From Armatimonadota bacterium (GTDB lineage Bacteria; Armatimonadota; Fimbriimonadia; Fimbriimonadales; GBS-DC), in the NCBI GenBank assembly GCA_037442365.1, contig JBBIQK010000002.1, positions 5,492-69,491 on the forward strand: 64,000 nt of DNA, given 5' to 3'. A program made the position numbers and the translations under genes. Below are positions 1 through 9,188 of the stretch, piece by piece; the first letter of the stretch is position 1; every line of letters starts with the position of its first letter. The notes beneath the pieces are model-generated. The model made no database searches. It saw only the letters and a program-made list of their open reading frames with translations, and was not told where the DNA came from.

Positions 1-472
1 GCGCCGACTCCAGCGCAGCTTTCGCGGCGCGAATCTGCGCGTCCGTCTGGTCGGGCTGCGTGCGGGCGGTAATCTCCGCCTGACGCAGGTTCGACTCCGC
101 CGCGCGCACCGCCGCCTCCGCCTGCCGAATCTGCAGGTTCAAGTCGGTCGCATCCTGCACCGCCAGCACATCCCCCTTGCGCACGCGCTGCCCTTCCAGC
201 ACGGGCGCCTCGATAATCCTGCCCCCCAGCTTGGTCGCGACGGTCGTGTCGTTGTACGATTGCAGTTCCCCCGTGACCGAGGCGGTCTCGAACAGATTGC
301 CCGATTCGATGGTAGCGACGGCGACGGCGACGGCAGCGGCTTCGTTGGCTTGGGCTTGCGGTGCAGGCGCGCCGCCATTGCCTCCACGCCCACACCCTGC
401 CATCACGATCGCAAGCGATGCAACCATCGATACGATACTGTACTGGCTCCATCGTCGAGTGTCGGATTTCAT
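1..472 (-). CDS. efflux transporter periplasmic adaptor subunit (HlyD/MFP family), N-terminal part only; gene runs off the window start
   Basis: Minus-strand ATG at 472..470. My own translation reads MKSDTRRWSQYSIVSMVASLAIVMAGCG (lipoprotein-like signal). It continues IESGNLFETASVTGELQSYNDTTVATKLGGRIIEAPVLEGQRVRKGDVLAVQD plus a coiled-coil start, typical of RND/MFP adaptors. It begins 15 nt after the tolC-like stop. Not in the ORF track because it is truncated. Confidence 0.7.
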   Translation of the reverse strand, partial: MKSDTRRWSQYSIVSMVASLAIVMAGCGRGGNGGAPAPQAQANEAAAVAVAVATIESGNLFETASVTGELQSYNDTTVATKLGGRIIEAPVLEGQRVRKGDVLAVQDATDLNLQIRQAEAAVRAAESNLRQAEITARTQPDQTDAQIRAAKAALESA

Positions 473-486
473 AGTTTCCTCCCACA

Positions 487-1800
487 TTACAAGCGTGTGT
501 ATTGCGTATCGATAGCGCCCACGGCGCGCAGCAGCGCGGCGTAGGCGTCCAGATAGTCAAACTGGGCGTTCACGAGGTTCGTCTGCGCCTGCGTGAAGGC
601 GAGTTCCGCATCGCTGATTTCGAGCTGGGGCGAGACGCCCGCCTCGAAGCGCACGCGCGCCAGTCGCAGCGCTTCCGTCGCCTGCTCCAGCCCCTTCTGG
701 GCGACCGCGAGCCGTTTCTGGGCGTCCTGCAGGTTCAGGTACGCCTGGCGCACCTCTAAGGCGACGCCCTCTTTCGCCTGTTGCAGGCGCAGCTCGGCGA
801 TTTGCAGCTCGTCGCGCGCCTGCGCCTCACGCGCGCGCGTAATCCCGCCGTCCCAAATGGGCACTGACAGCACAGCGACGCCCGTGTAGGTCTCGCGGCG
901 CGGGTTGAACGGCGAAGTGTTCAGGTTGAAGTCCGCCTGCCCTGTCAGCACGATGCTGGGCAGGATGCCGCGTCGGGCGACCTGAATGTTCACCTGCGCC
1001 AGCTCCACGCCCCGTTGCGCGGCGAGGATTTCGGGACGATACTGATACGCCTGCTGGGTCAGCGTCTCCAGCGGTTCGGGCGTCAGTTCGGGTAGGCGTT
1101 CGGGCTTGACCACCTGCACGGGCGTGTTCAGGTTGCGTCCCAGCAGGTTGTTCAGCGCGGCGGCGGCGAGTTCGCGCTGGTTGCGGGCGTTCAGCAGGGC
1201 TTGCTCGGCTTGCGCCACGGCGGTCTCCGCGCGCAGCTGGTCAAACTGCGCCGCGACGCCCGCCTCCACCTGCGCGCGTATCAGGCGCAGTCGCTCCTGC
1301 GCGTTGCGCAGCGCCTCTTCCGCCACGCGCACGAACTCGTCCGTGCGCGCCACGCCCTGATACGCCTGCACCACCTGCAAAATCGTGTCGTTGCGCGTGC
1401 GCTCCAGCTCTAGCTCGCTCAGGTTCAGCGTCACGCTCGCCGCGCGCACCGCCGCCCGCACAATCCCGCTGATGTCCACCACCTGCGTCAGCGTGATGCG
1501 CGCCGTGCGATTCTCGAGGTTGCCCAGTCGCACGGTCTGCGGACCGAATCGCGCCTCGGCGACGCGGTCAAAACGGGTGTAGGTCGCGTTGCCCTGTATC
1601 GTGAAGTTGGCGTTGCTGCGCGCCTCGCGAAGCGCGTTGCGAGTCCGATCGACGCTCAGCGCGCTAATCTGCACTGCGCGGTTGTTTTTCAGTGCGAGCG
1701 ACACCGCCTCCTGAAGCGTGAGCGGCTCGCCCGCCTGCCCATACGCGCCCGCCGCGGCAACCGCCGCCAGCCCAAGCCACAATCCCCTGCGTGCCTTCAT
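487..1800 (-). CDS. TolC-family outer membrane efflux protein
   Basis: 437-aa ORF with a signal peptide (MKARRGLWLGLAAVAAAGAYGQ). Two-repeat coiled-coil/beta architecture and the typical TolC N-terminus (LTLQEAVSLALKNNRAVQ). Its ATG overlaps the TetR stop (ATGA). Confidence 0.8.
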   Translation of the reverse strand: MKARRGLWLGLAAVAAAGAYGQAGEPLTLQEAVSLALKNNRAVQISALSVDRTRNALREARSNANFTIQGNATYTRFDRVAEARFGPQTVRLGNLENRTARITLTQVVDISGIVRAAVRAASVTLNLSELELERTRNDTILQVVQAYQGVARTDEFVRVAEEALRNAQERLRLIRAQVEAGVAAQFDQLRAETAVAQAEQALLNARNQRELAAAALNNLLGRNLNTPVQVVKPERLPELTPEPLETLTQQAYQYRPEILAAQRGVELAQVNIQVARRGILPSIVLTGQADFNLNTSPFNPRRETYTGVAVLSVPIWDGGITRAREAQARDELQIAELRLQQAKEGVALEVRQAYLNLQDAQKRLAVAQKGLEQATEALRLARVRFEAGVSPQLEISDAELAFTQAQTNLVNAQFDYLDAYAALLRAVGAIDTQYTRL

Positions 1801-2444
1801 TCGTTTGCCTCCTTAATCATTCGTTGCGGGTTCACAAAAGCGGGTTTGTAAAACGCCAGAATCCGCTCCACAATCTGCTCCAGCGATTCGTGTTCGCATT
1901 CCATCATCCATTCCATCTGGCACAGGCGGTAAAGACGGATTGCCTGGTGCGCCAGCTCCTCTGCAGAGACATCGGTGCGGTACTCGCCCGTTTGCTGTCC
2001 CAGGCGGAAGCCCTGAACGGCGTACTCGGTCGCCTCGCGCACGATGTCCATCACCTGCGCGCGCAGCTGTTCGCTGTTGCACGCGGCGACCATCAGCGAA
2101 CGGCTCACCAGCAGCGAGCGGGCGTCCCGACGGGCAATAAACAGCATCACCTGCCGCAGCACCTCCCACTGGCTGGGGGCGTTCTCTGGCTCCAGCGACT
2201 CCAGAAACTCGTACACTTCGTCCGCGAGGTCGCGCATGTAGGCATGCAGCAGGTGCTCTTTGGTTGGGAAGTAGGTAAAAAAAGTACCTTTGGCGACATC
2301 GGCGAGTTCAGTAATCTCCTCGACGGTCACCTGCTCGAACGGCTTCTGTTGCATCAACGCGAGGGCCGCCTCGATGAGGCGCTGGCGCGTCTCCTCTCGG
2401 CGGCGCTCGCGTCGACTCAGACGGGCTAACGATGGTTTGCTCAT
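1797..2444 (-). CDS. TetR/AcrR family transcriptional regulator
   Basis: HTH region: RRREETRQRLIEAALALMQQKPFEQVTVEEITELADVAKGTFFTYFPTKEHLL. Start set at ATG 2444 (MSKPSL) rather than the TTG at 2468. Translationally coupled to the tolC-like gene. Confidence 0.85.
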   Translation of the reverse strand: MSKPSLARLSRRERRREETRQRLIEAALALMQQKPFEQVTVEEITELADVAKGTFFTYFPTKEHLLHAYMRDLADEVYEFLESLEPENAPSQWEVLRQVMLFIARRDARSLLVSRSLMVAACNSEQLRAQVMDIVREATEYAVQGFRLGQQTGEYRTDVSAEELAHQAIRLYRLCQMEWMMECEHESLEQIVERILAFYKPAFVNPQRMIKEANE

Positions 2445-2481
2445 AGTGCGTTCCAACCTCTTATCCAACGCTCTATAGGAT

Positions 2482-2507
2482 ACCGACGGTCAATCATGAC
2501 CATCGGT
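2482..2507. promoter_or_regulatory. putative TetR operator (imperfect palindrome)
   Basis: ACCGACGGTCA-ATCA-TGACCATCGGT has 11-bp arms with one mismatch. It lies in the divergent intergenic region just upstream of the TetR gene. Confidence 0.45.
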
Positions 2508-2605
2508 CAAGATTATACCACAGGTCAGACGGATTTGTCAAGGGCTACGCGCACCGATGGTACAATTCCCCCTCGGAAACGCCAAAATTTTCTGTGGAGA
2601 CGCTC

Positions 2606-3928
2606 ATGAAGATAGCTGTCGTTGGCACAGGATATGTCGGGCTGGTGACGGGCGTCGTGTTTGCCGATTTGGGCAACGAGGTGCTGTGCGTCGATATCGA
2701 CGCCGCCAAAGTGGACGCCATCAACAAAGGGCAGTCGCCTATCTATGAGCCGGGGCTGGACGACCTGCTCCAGCGTAATCTGGAAGAGGGACGCCTGCGG
2801 GCGACCACCGACCTTACGCACGCCGTTCGCGAATCGGAGGTGCTGTTCATCTGCGTGGGTACGCCCCCGACCGACACGGGCGAACCCGACCTGAAGTATG
2901 TGGACGCCGTCGCCGCCGAAATCGGGCGCGCGCTCAACGGCTACAAAATCGTGGTCAATAAGTCCACCGTGCCCGTGGGCACGGGCGACCGCGTGCGTCG
3001 GATTATCGAGCAGCATCGCACGGAGCCGCACGAGTTCGATGTGGTCTCCAATCCAGAGTTCCTGCGCGAAGGCTCGGCGATTCACGACACGCTGAACCCC
3101 GATCGGATTGTGATTGGCGCGGATCACCCCCGCGCGGCGATGAAGATTGTCGAGCTGTACGCGCCGCTGGAGCGACCGATGCTGATTACCAACCTCGCGA
3201 CCGCCGAGATTATCAAGTACGCCTCCAACACCTTCCTCGCGCTCAAAATCTCGTATATCAACGCGATTGCCGACCTGTGCGAGCGTACGGGCGCGGATGT
3301 GGTGCAGGTCGCCAAAGCGATGGGCTACGACCAGCGCATCGGGCATGCGTTCCTGCAGGCGGGGCTGGGCTTCGGCGGCCCGTGCTTCCCCAAAGATGTG
3401 CAGGCGTTCGCCCACACGGTGCAGCGCTACCAGCTCGATCCCACCCTGTTCCAGACGATTCTGGACATCAACCACGCGCGGGCGGGTCAGTTCGTGGCGC
3501 AGATTCGGAATCGACTGGGCGAGTTGCAGGGCAAAACTGTCGGGCTATTGGGGCTGGCGTTCAAGCCCAATACGGACGACATCCGCGAGGCGCGCGCGCT
3601 GGAGATTATCCGCCTGCTGCTGGAGGCGGGCGCAACGGTCAGAGCCTACGATCCCGTCGCCATGCCGCGCGTGCAGGCGCTCTTCCCGCAGGTTCACTAC
3701 TGCCGCAACGCCTACGAGGTCGCCGAGAACGCCGACGCGCTCGCGCTGATTACCGAATGGAACGAGTTCCGCCAGCTGAACTTCGAGCGCGTCCGCCAGA
3801 CGATGCGGCAGCCCAACCTGTTCGATGGGCGCAACCTGTACGACCCGCAGCGGATGCGCAAGCTTGGCTTCTACTACTACGGCGTCGGGCGCGCCTCCGA
3901 CCCCAGCGAGTTCAAAACTGTGCTATAA
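2606..3928 (+). CDS. ugd: UDP-glucose 6-dehydrogenase
   Basis: MKIAVVGTGYVGLVTG Rossmann N-terminus, GFGGPCFPKD catalytic Cys motif and a UDPG/MGDP dehydrogenase C-terminal domain. GGAGA SD 5 nt before ATG 2606. Confidence 0.9.
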   Translation: MKIAVVGTGYVGLVTGVVFADLGNEVLCVDIDAAKVDAINKGQSPIYEPGLDDLLQRNLEEGRLRATTDLTHAVRESEVLFICVGTPPTDTGEPDLKYVDAVAAEIGRALNGYKIVVNKSTVPVGTGDRVRRIIEQHRTEPHEFDVVSNPEFLREGSAIHDTLNPDRIVIGADHPRAAMKIVELYAPLERPMLITNLATAEIIKYASNTFLALKISYINAIADLCERTGADVVQVAKAMGYDQRIGHAFLQAGLGFGGPCFPKDVQAFAHTVQRYQLDPTLFQTILDINHARAGQFVAQIRNRLGELQGKTVGLLGLAFKPNTDDIREARALEIIRLLLEAGATVRAYDPVAMPRVQALFPQVHYCRNAYEVAENADALALITEWNEFRQLNFERVRQTMRQPNLFDGRNLYDPQRMRKLGFYYYGVGRASDPSEFKTVL

Positions 3929-3929
3929 T
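3921..3929 (+). promoter_or_regulatory. extended -10 element TGcTATAAT, 9 nt upstream of ATG 3939
   Basis: Perfect TATAAT preceded by TGn. It overlaps the ugd stop codon, and no SD lies between it and the ATG. Confidence 0.4.
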
Positions 3930-3938
3930 ACGAACGCT

Positions 3939-5573
3939 ATGGCGCGCAAACGAGTGGCTCTGATTGTGCCGCATAACGACCGCAACAGCAGCGCGTACCA
4001 GCGCAACCTGCGGCTGGCGCGTCAGTGGCGCAGCGCGCTCCTGCTGTCGGGTGTGGACGCGACCATCATCGTCGCGGGCGATGTCACCAAAACCCAGTTC
4101 CAGAGCCAGTACGACTTCGGGATTGTGCCCACGCTGGAGAACCTCACAGGCTCGATGGCGATCAACAGCTGGCTGGATTATTCGTCGGGCGACAAGCCGC
4201 TTTATCTGTGCGGCTACCACATCCCGCAGGGCACGGCGGGCACGCCTGCAACGGGCGTGGTGGGACTGACGCCCATCTCCAGCAGCACGACGAACATCAA
4301 GCGCATCGGGCGGCGCGCCGTATGGTCAGGTAGCAACCCGTGGGTCTATGTCGCGCCCTATGCCGCGCGCATCAACAACATCTACTACGGGCTGCAGGTG
4401 AACGCCAGCCACCCGAACCTGCAGGTGATTCTACGCCCGGATCCAGCGCTTCACCCGACTGACGCGCATGTGTTCATTGCTCGCTGGCACAATCGCTACT
4501 TCCTGCCGACTGTCAGTGATACTTTCCAGATTTCACTCTGGCTTGTGCCCTGGATTATGGTCAACGAAGACGCCGAGCCCGAGTGGGGACGCCCGTGGAC
4601 GGCAGATATAGACCATATTATCAGCGTTTCGGGGTCGCTGGGGCTTAACTTCGACAACTATCTGCAAACCTTCCAGTGGCTCCATACTTTCTGTCAGCAG
4701 ACGGGGTTGGTGGTTCACTGTGGCGCGACCACCAGCGCGTTGAACAATATTCGCCCCACCAATCCCTACCTCCATCGCAACGGGCGCACCTACAACGCTC
4801 AGCTGGCGCAGATTCACCAGGTGCTGCTGGCAGAGCAACATCGGCATTTTCCCGTGTGCATGCACGACCATTACTGGATGATTGAGGACACGCGCGGCAG
4901 CGGTGGCGTGACGACCTTCACCAATCCATATGGCACCTTCCGCGAGATGAACTCGCCCGCCGCGTTTCGTGCGCACTGGAAAGGAAGCATGCAGGAGATG
5001 CAGCAGATGGGCTTCACCGACGCCCACTGTAGCCACTACCGCTATGCGAACTTTGCGAACAATCAGTTTTCCGACCGCTACCTGCGCTTCCTGCGCGACG
5101 AGACGCCGATGCGCGCGGTGCGTATCTGGTCGGGCAGCTGCGCCGTCTCGGCTGACACACGCTTTATGGCGCCAGCCCCATTCACACGCAACCCCTTCGA
5201 GCGTCGATATGGGATAGAGATTGTCAACTCCTACGATGCGCTGTGGGTGAATGTGCCCACATGGGAGGTGGTGATGAATCGGCAAAATATCGCCGTGCGC
5301 GATGGCTACGGCGACTCCAGCGAGGCTGTAGAAATCGTATGGGCGCGTTCGATGGGGCACCGTTTTGGCAACCTGATGTGGGAGCGGTGGCTGCGTGAGG
5401 GCGCGCTCCACTACCACCATCAGCTCGAGATGGCGACCGAGTATCCCAGCCCCGCGATGTATGTTTACGAACAGATGCGCGCCTGGCGGCAGATTCTGAG
5501 CGGCTGGGTCTTTCTGGGCAGCATCACGGATGTGGTTGCCTGGCGCAATCGCGCCCGCACCGCGCTGGGGTAA
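3939..5573 (+). CDS. hypothetical protein (544 aa), no domain recognised
   Basis: Long ORF with coding-like third-position G/C bias. Start moved to ATG 3939 (MARKRVALIV) because the upstream part overlaps ugd. No signal peptide. Confidence 0.6.
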   Translation: MARKRVALIVPHNDRNSSAYQRNLRLARQWRSALLLSGVDATIIVAGDVTKTQFQSQYDFGIVPTLENLTGSMAINSWLDYSSGDKPLYLCGYHIPQGTAGTPATGVVGLTPISSSTTNIKRIGRRAVWSGSNPWVYVAPYAARINNIYYGLQVNASHPNLQVILRPDPALHPTDAHVFIARWHNRYFLPTVSDTFQISLWLVPWIMVNEDAEPEWGRPWTADIDHIISVSGSLGLNFDNYLQTFQWLHTFCQQTGLVVHCGATTSALNNIRPTNPYLHRNGRTYNAQLAQIHQVLLAEQHRHFPVCMHDHYWMIEDTRGSGGVTTFTNPYGTFREMNSPAAFRAHWKGSMQEMQQMGFTDAHCSHYRYANFANNQFSDRYLRFLRDETPMRAVRIWSGSCAVSADTRFMAPAPFTRNPFERRYGIEIVNSYDALWVNVPTWEVVMNRQNIAVRDGYGDSSEAVEIVWARSMGHRFGNLMWERWLREGALHYHHQLEMATEYPSPAMYVYEQMRAWRQILSGWVFLGSITDVVAWRNRARTALG

Positions 5574-5652
5574 TCCCTGCCTGAAGGGGCGCGGCGGTGT
5601 ACGCTGGCGTCATCGCCGATACGCATGGTACAGCGTACACCCCCCGGTTTTC

Positions 5653-6585
5653 CTAACTGGCGCGCTGGTTGCGGACAGATGCTTCCAGTTGCTCGATGCG
5701 TTTGAGCAGCCACTCGCTGCTGCGCGCCAGCGGGTCGGCCGCGTCGGTCGGCGTGATGGGGGCGGGCGTGCGTCCCATCGCAAGGTCGCGAACGAATTGC
5801 TCTACCTCCTGCAGCCGTTGCTCCTGAAAGTGCAGTCGCTCGGAGACGGCTTTCCATTCGGTGTTCTGTAAGCGTCTGGCGTAGAGGTGTAGCATTTCAG
5901 GTTTTTCAAGCGCCCGATGCAGCCATCGTGCAGGCGCGCCCCATCGTCGCCAGAGCAACCCTATCACCATACCTGCGCTCACCAGTTGCATGACGAAGTA
6001 GCCAAGCAACTCCCACAGCGTCCGTTGTGAGTCCCTATGCTGTTCACGCTGATACGCCTCGTGAAAGTCGTGAACCGCTGCGGAGAGACTTTTCTGCCCC
6101 TCGAAGCTGAACGCGCGCGAAGCGGTCAGGCTGAGCTGCTCGGGCTTTCCGCGCTGCAGATACTCGCCGAGCGCGGCATCCACGCGACTCCAGACGGCTT
6201 GCAACCGCGCGAGCGCCGTGTAGGTCTCCAGCGAAACCCCGGTGGTCACCTGCGCCTCTATCGCGGCGACGCACTGATTCGCGGCGCGATGTGCATCCGA
6301 GAGATTGCGGAACAGCGCCTCAGCGTCATAGCCTGCATAGCGCGTTTTCGGCGATTCGATGTGCATCAAGCCCAACAGGCTCCGCTCCATCGTCAGCGCG
6401 TGCCCGTCCAGCTGCGCAATCTGATGGTTCATCGCCGCCTGATTGTGGAGTTGCTGCATCATCAGGCATATCCCGCGCCCGAAACCCCACGCGCTCAGCA
6501 GCAGCAGCGCCAGCGCAAACACCCACGCGCCGTTTTCGAACGCCCGTTCCAATCGATGGGACATACAATAGGGATTGTTCCACAT
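5653..6585 (-). CDS. membrane protein with two TM segments flanking a helical periplasmic domain (MCP-sensor-like), no signalling domain
   Basis: The ORF 5653..6705 overlaps tRNA-Thr, so the start was moved to ATG 6585 or 6564. TM1 is AWVFALALLLLSAWGF and TM2 is LLGYFVMQLVSAGMVIGLLW. A ~170-aa helical region lies between them and a coiled-coil tail follows. Confidence 0.5.
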   Translation of the reverse strand: MWNNPYCMSHRLERAFENGAWVFALALLLLSAWGFGRGICLMMQQLHNQAAMNHQIAQLDGHALTMERSLLGLMHIESPKTRYAGYDAEALFRNLSDAHRAANQCVAAIEAQVTTGVSLETYTALARLQAVWSRVDAALGEYLQRGKPEQLSLTASRAFSFEGQKSLSAAVHDFHEAYQREQHRDSQRTLWELLGYFVMQLVSAGMVIGLLWRRWGAPARWLHRALEKPEMLHLYARRLQNTEWKAVSERLHFQEQRLQEVEQFVRDLAMGRTPAPITPTDAADPLARSSEWLLKRIEQLEASVRNQRAS

Positions 6586-6667
6586 TGCGCAGGGCGGCAC
6601 AACACTGAGACCTACCACCTTGTAAGGGGTTGCTCTGTGGGGTTCGCGAGAGACATTTGTTCCACAC

Positions 6668-6742
6668 TGGAGCCGGCGGGGGGATTCGAACCCCCGACCT
6701 TCCACTTACAAGGCGGTTGCTCTACCACTGAGCTACGCCGGC
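6668..6742 (-). tRNA. tRNA-Thr (anticodon TGT), CCA encoded
   Basis: Reverse complement: GCCGGCG-TA-GCTC-AGTGGTA-GAGC-A-ACCGC-CTTGTAA-GTGGA-AGGTC-GGGGG-TTCGAAT-CCCCC-CGCCGGC-T-CCA. Clean cloverleaf. Confidence 0.9.
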
Positions 6743-6812
6743 GCTGCCCGAATTATACCCGCTCCCCTGCAAAAAATCACACGCTTGCCGATAATCCCAG
6801 CAGGAGGGAACC

Positions 6813-7112
6813 ATGCAGGTCGCACTCAAAACAACTGCCCGAAAACACAAGGCGACGCTCACAGGCGAGGTCGGTTTCGCGGAGGTTATGACGCTCTACG
6901 AAACCGCACAACAAATTACACAGAACCCGAAAGAGACCCAGATCGACTGGAGCAACCTGACCTCGCTCCACTACGCGGGGGTGCAGGTGCTTTTTGCCCT
7001 TCGCAAATCCCTTGAGGAGCAGGGCTATAAGGTGCAATTCACCGAGCCGAACCCGACGCTCTATCAACAACTGCATACTTTCGGCGTGTGGGACGCCCTC
7101 ATCCAATCCTAA
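6813..7112 (+). CDS. STAS domain protein (anti-sigma-antagonist fold)
   Basis: 99 aa. Pattern LTGEVGFAEV...IDWSNLTSLHYAGVQVLFALRKSLEEQGYKVQF matches the STAS/SpoIIAA fold. GGAGGG SD. Sits immediately upstream of cheA. Confidence 0.7.
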   Translation: MQVALKTTARKHKATLTGEVGFAEVMTLYETAQQITQNPKETQIDWSNLTSLHYAGVQVLFALRKSLEEQGYKVQFTEPNPTLYQQLHTFGVWDALIQS

Positions 7113-7130
7113 CCCTTCGGGAGCGCAACG

Positions 7131-9170
7131 ATGGATAGCTTGATGCAACTGTTTTACGACGAGGCGAACGAAATGGTCGAGGGCATGGAACAGGTGCTGC
7201 TTGCCCTCGAATCGGGCGAACCTGACCCCGAGACCGTGAATGCCCTCTTCCGCTACGCGCACTCATTCAAAGGCAACAGCGCCGCGATGGGCTTCACGCA
7301 CCTCAGCAAGTTCACGCATGGGCTGGAAAGCGCGATGGAATCGCTGCGCAAGGAGCAGCGCCCCCTAACGCCCGAACTGGCGACCCTGCTATTGCAGGCT
7401 GTGGACACGATTCGCACCCTGCTGGAGCGCACACGCACAGAGGGGGATGTCGGCGACCCCGCCTGCGAAACGCTCCTGCAACAGATTAAAGCCGTTATCA
7501 GCGGCGAGTCGACGCCGCCCGCGCCCACCGCGCCTGCGCCAACGACGACCGCTTCATCCGAATCGCCCGCCGCAGGCACAACGCCGCGCTATCAAATTAC
7601 CTATCAGCCTGCGCCGACCCTGAACGCGGAACACGACCCGCTCCAGCTGCTCAGCGAGTTAACCGAGTACGGACAGATTATCGAGTGCCAGTTCCGCGAG
7701 CAAATCCCGCCGCTGAATCAGCTCAAGCCCGATGCATGCTATGGCAGCTGGGAGATTGTGTACGAGACGGCGTTCGAGCCAGCGATTGTGCGCGCGCTGC
7801 TGGAGCTGGCGGCGGAAGGGGCGGAAGTGCACATAGAACCGCTCGGCGCCACCTCCGTGTCCGAACCTGCGCCCACAGCAACCGCTGAATCGGAGGCTGT
7901 AGCCGCGACGACCGCTGCCCCGTCCGCGCCGAACGACGCGGGCGCGCCTGCTGCGACCCAGACGGCGGCGGTGAGCGCGTCCGCCAGCAAAAGCGAGGCG
8001 CAGAGCATTCGCGTGTCCACCGAGAAAATCGACGCGCTGATGAACCTCGTGAGCGAGATTGTGATTGCGCAATCGATGCTCTCCAGCGCACAGCACGCGG
8101 ACACCGACGAGCGCACCCGCGCCGCCATCACGCAGATGGAGCGCCATGTGCGCGACCTGCACGAGCGCGTGATGGCAATCCGCCTGCTCCCCGTGAGCTA
8201 TCTGTTCAATCGTTTCCCGCGCATGGTGCGCGACACCGCCGCCAAGCTGGGCAAGAAGGTCAACTTCGAGGTAGAGGGCGAGGAGACCGAACTGGATCGC
8301 ACCTTGCTGGAGGCGCTCAGCGACCCGCTCACGCACCTGATTCGCAACGCAATTGACCACGGCATCGAAATGCCCGATGAGCGACGCCAGCACGGGAAGC
8401 CCGAAACAGGCACGATTAAGCTCAGTGCGTATCAGTCCGAAGGGCGCATCTATATCGAAGTGCGCGACGACGGACGCGGCATTAACACCGAGCGCGTGCG
8501 TCAGAAAGCCATCCAACTCGGCTGGATAACCGAGAACGACCACCCCTCTGAAGAGACGCTCTACGAGTTCCTGTTTCAGCCCGGCTTTTCCACGGCGCAA
8601 CAGGTGAGCGACCTGTCGGGGCGTGGCGTCGGCATGGATGTCGTCAAGCGGAATGTGGAAAGCCTGGGCGGCAGCATCAGCGTGCAGTCCAGACAGGGCG
8701 AAGGCTCCCGCTTCTTGCTGCGCGTCCCCCTCACCCTCGCGATTATGGACGGGCTGGGGCTGACCGTCGCCGAGGAACACTACATCGTGCCGCTCACCGC
8801 GGTCGTGGAAGCGTTCCAGTACGAGAGCCTGCAACACACTGCTCTGTTCGACCAGCATGAGCTGGTGAATGTCCGCGGCGAGTTCATCCCACTGGTACGC
8901 CTGCGCCAGTTCGTCGGACTGCCGGAATCGGACAACGACGGGCTGATAGTGGTGCTGGAACAGGAAGGGCAACAGATTGCCCTGCTGGTCGATGGCATCG
9001 CGGGGCAGCAGCAGGTGGTTCTCAAGAGCTTGGAAGAGAACTTCATCCGCGTGCCAGGCTTTGCAGGCGCAACGATTCTGGGCGACGGGCGCGTCGCGCT
9101 GATTCTGGATGTGTCCGACCTCATCCGACGCGGACGCCAATCCACCGAGCGCTACGCCGCCATCGCTTGA
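7131..9170 (+). CDS. cheA: chemotaxis histidine kinase CheA
   Basis: Hpt domain (FRYAHSFKGNSAAMGF), P/A-rich linkers, dimerisation region, HATPase (DPLTHLIRNAIDHG, DDGRGI, GRGVGMDVV) and a C-terminal CheW-like domain. Confidence 0.9.
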   Translation: MDSLMQLFYDEANEMVEGMEQVLLALESGEPDPETVNALFRYAHSFKGNSAAMGFTHLSKFTHGLESAMESLRKEQRPLTPELATLLLQAVDTIRTLLERTRTEGDVGDPACETLLQQIKAVISGESTPPAPTAPAPTTTASSESPAAGTTPRYQITYQPAPTLNAEHDPLQLLSELTEYGQIIECQFREQIPPLNQLKPDACYGSWEIVYETAFEPAIVRALLELAAEGAEVHIEPLGATSVSEPAPTATAESEAVAATTAAPSAPNDAGAPAATQTAAVSASASKSEAQSIRVSTEKIDALMNLVSEIVIAQSMLSSAQHADTDERTRAAITQMERHVRDLHERVMAIRLLPVSYLFNRFPRMVRDTAAKLGKKVNFEVEGEETELDRTLLEALSDPLTHLIRNAIDHGIEMPDERRQHGKPETGTIKLSAYQSEGRIYIEVRDDGRGINTERVRQKAIQLGWITENDHPSEETLYEFLFQPGFSTAQQVSDLSGRGVGMDVVKRNVESLGGSISVQSRQGEGSRFLLRVPLTLAIMDGLGLTVAEEHYIVPLTAVVEAFQYESLQHTALFDQHELVNVRGEFIPLVRLRQFVGLPESDNDGLIVVLEQEGQQIALLVDGIAGQQQVVLKSLEENFIRVPGFAGATILGDGRVALILDVSDLIRRGRQSTERYAAIA

Positions 9171-9188
9171 TACCTAAGGAGGATACCG

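Noticed and set aside
2525-3475. 316-aa ORF antisense to ugd
   Set aside because: It lies entirely within and opposite a gene with unmistakable UDP-glucose dehydrogenase motifs. Its composition is Arg/Ala/Gly/His-rich, typical of antisense frames in high-GC DNA.
6586-6705. 5' extension of the ORF 5653..6705
   Set aside because: It overlaps tRNA-Thr on the same strand, so the start was moved to an internal ATG.
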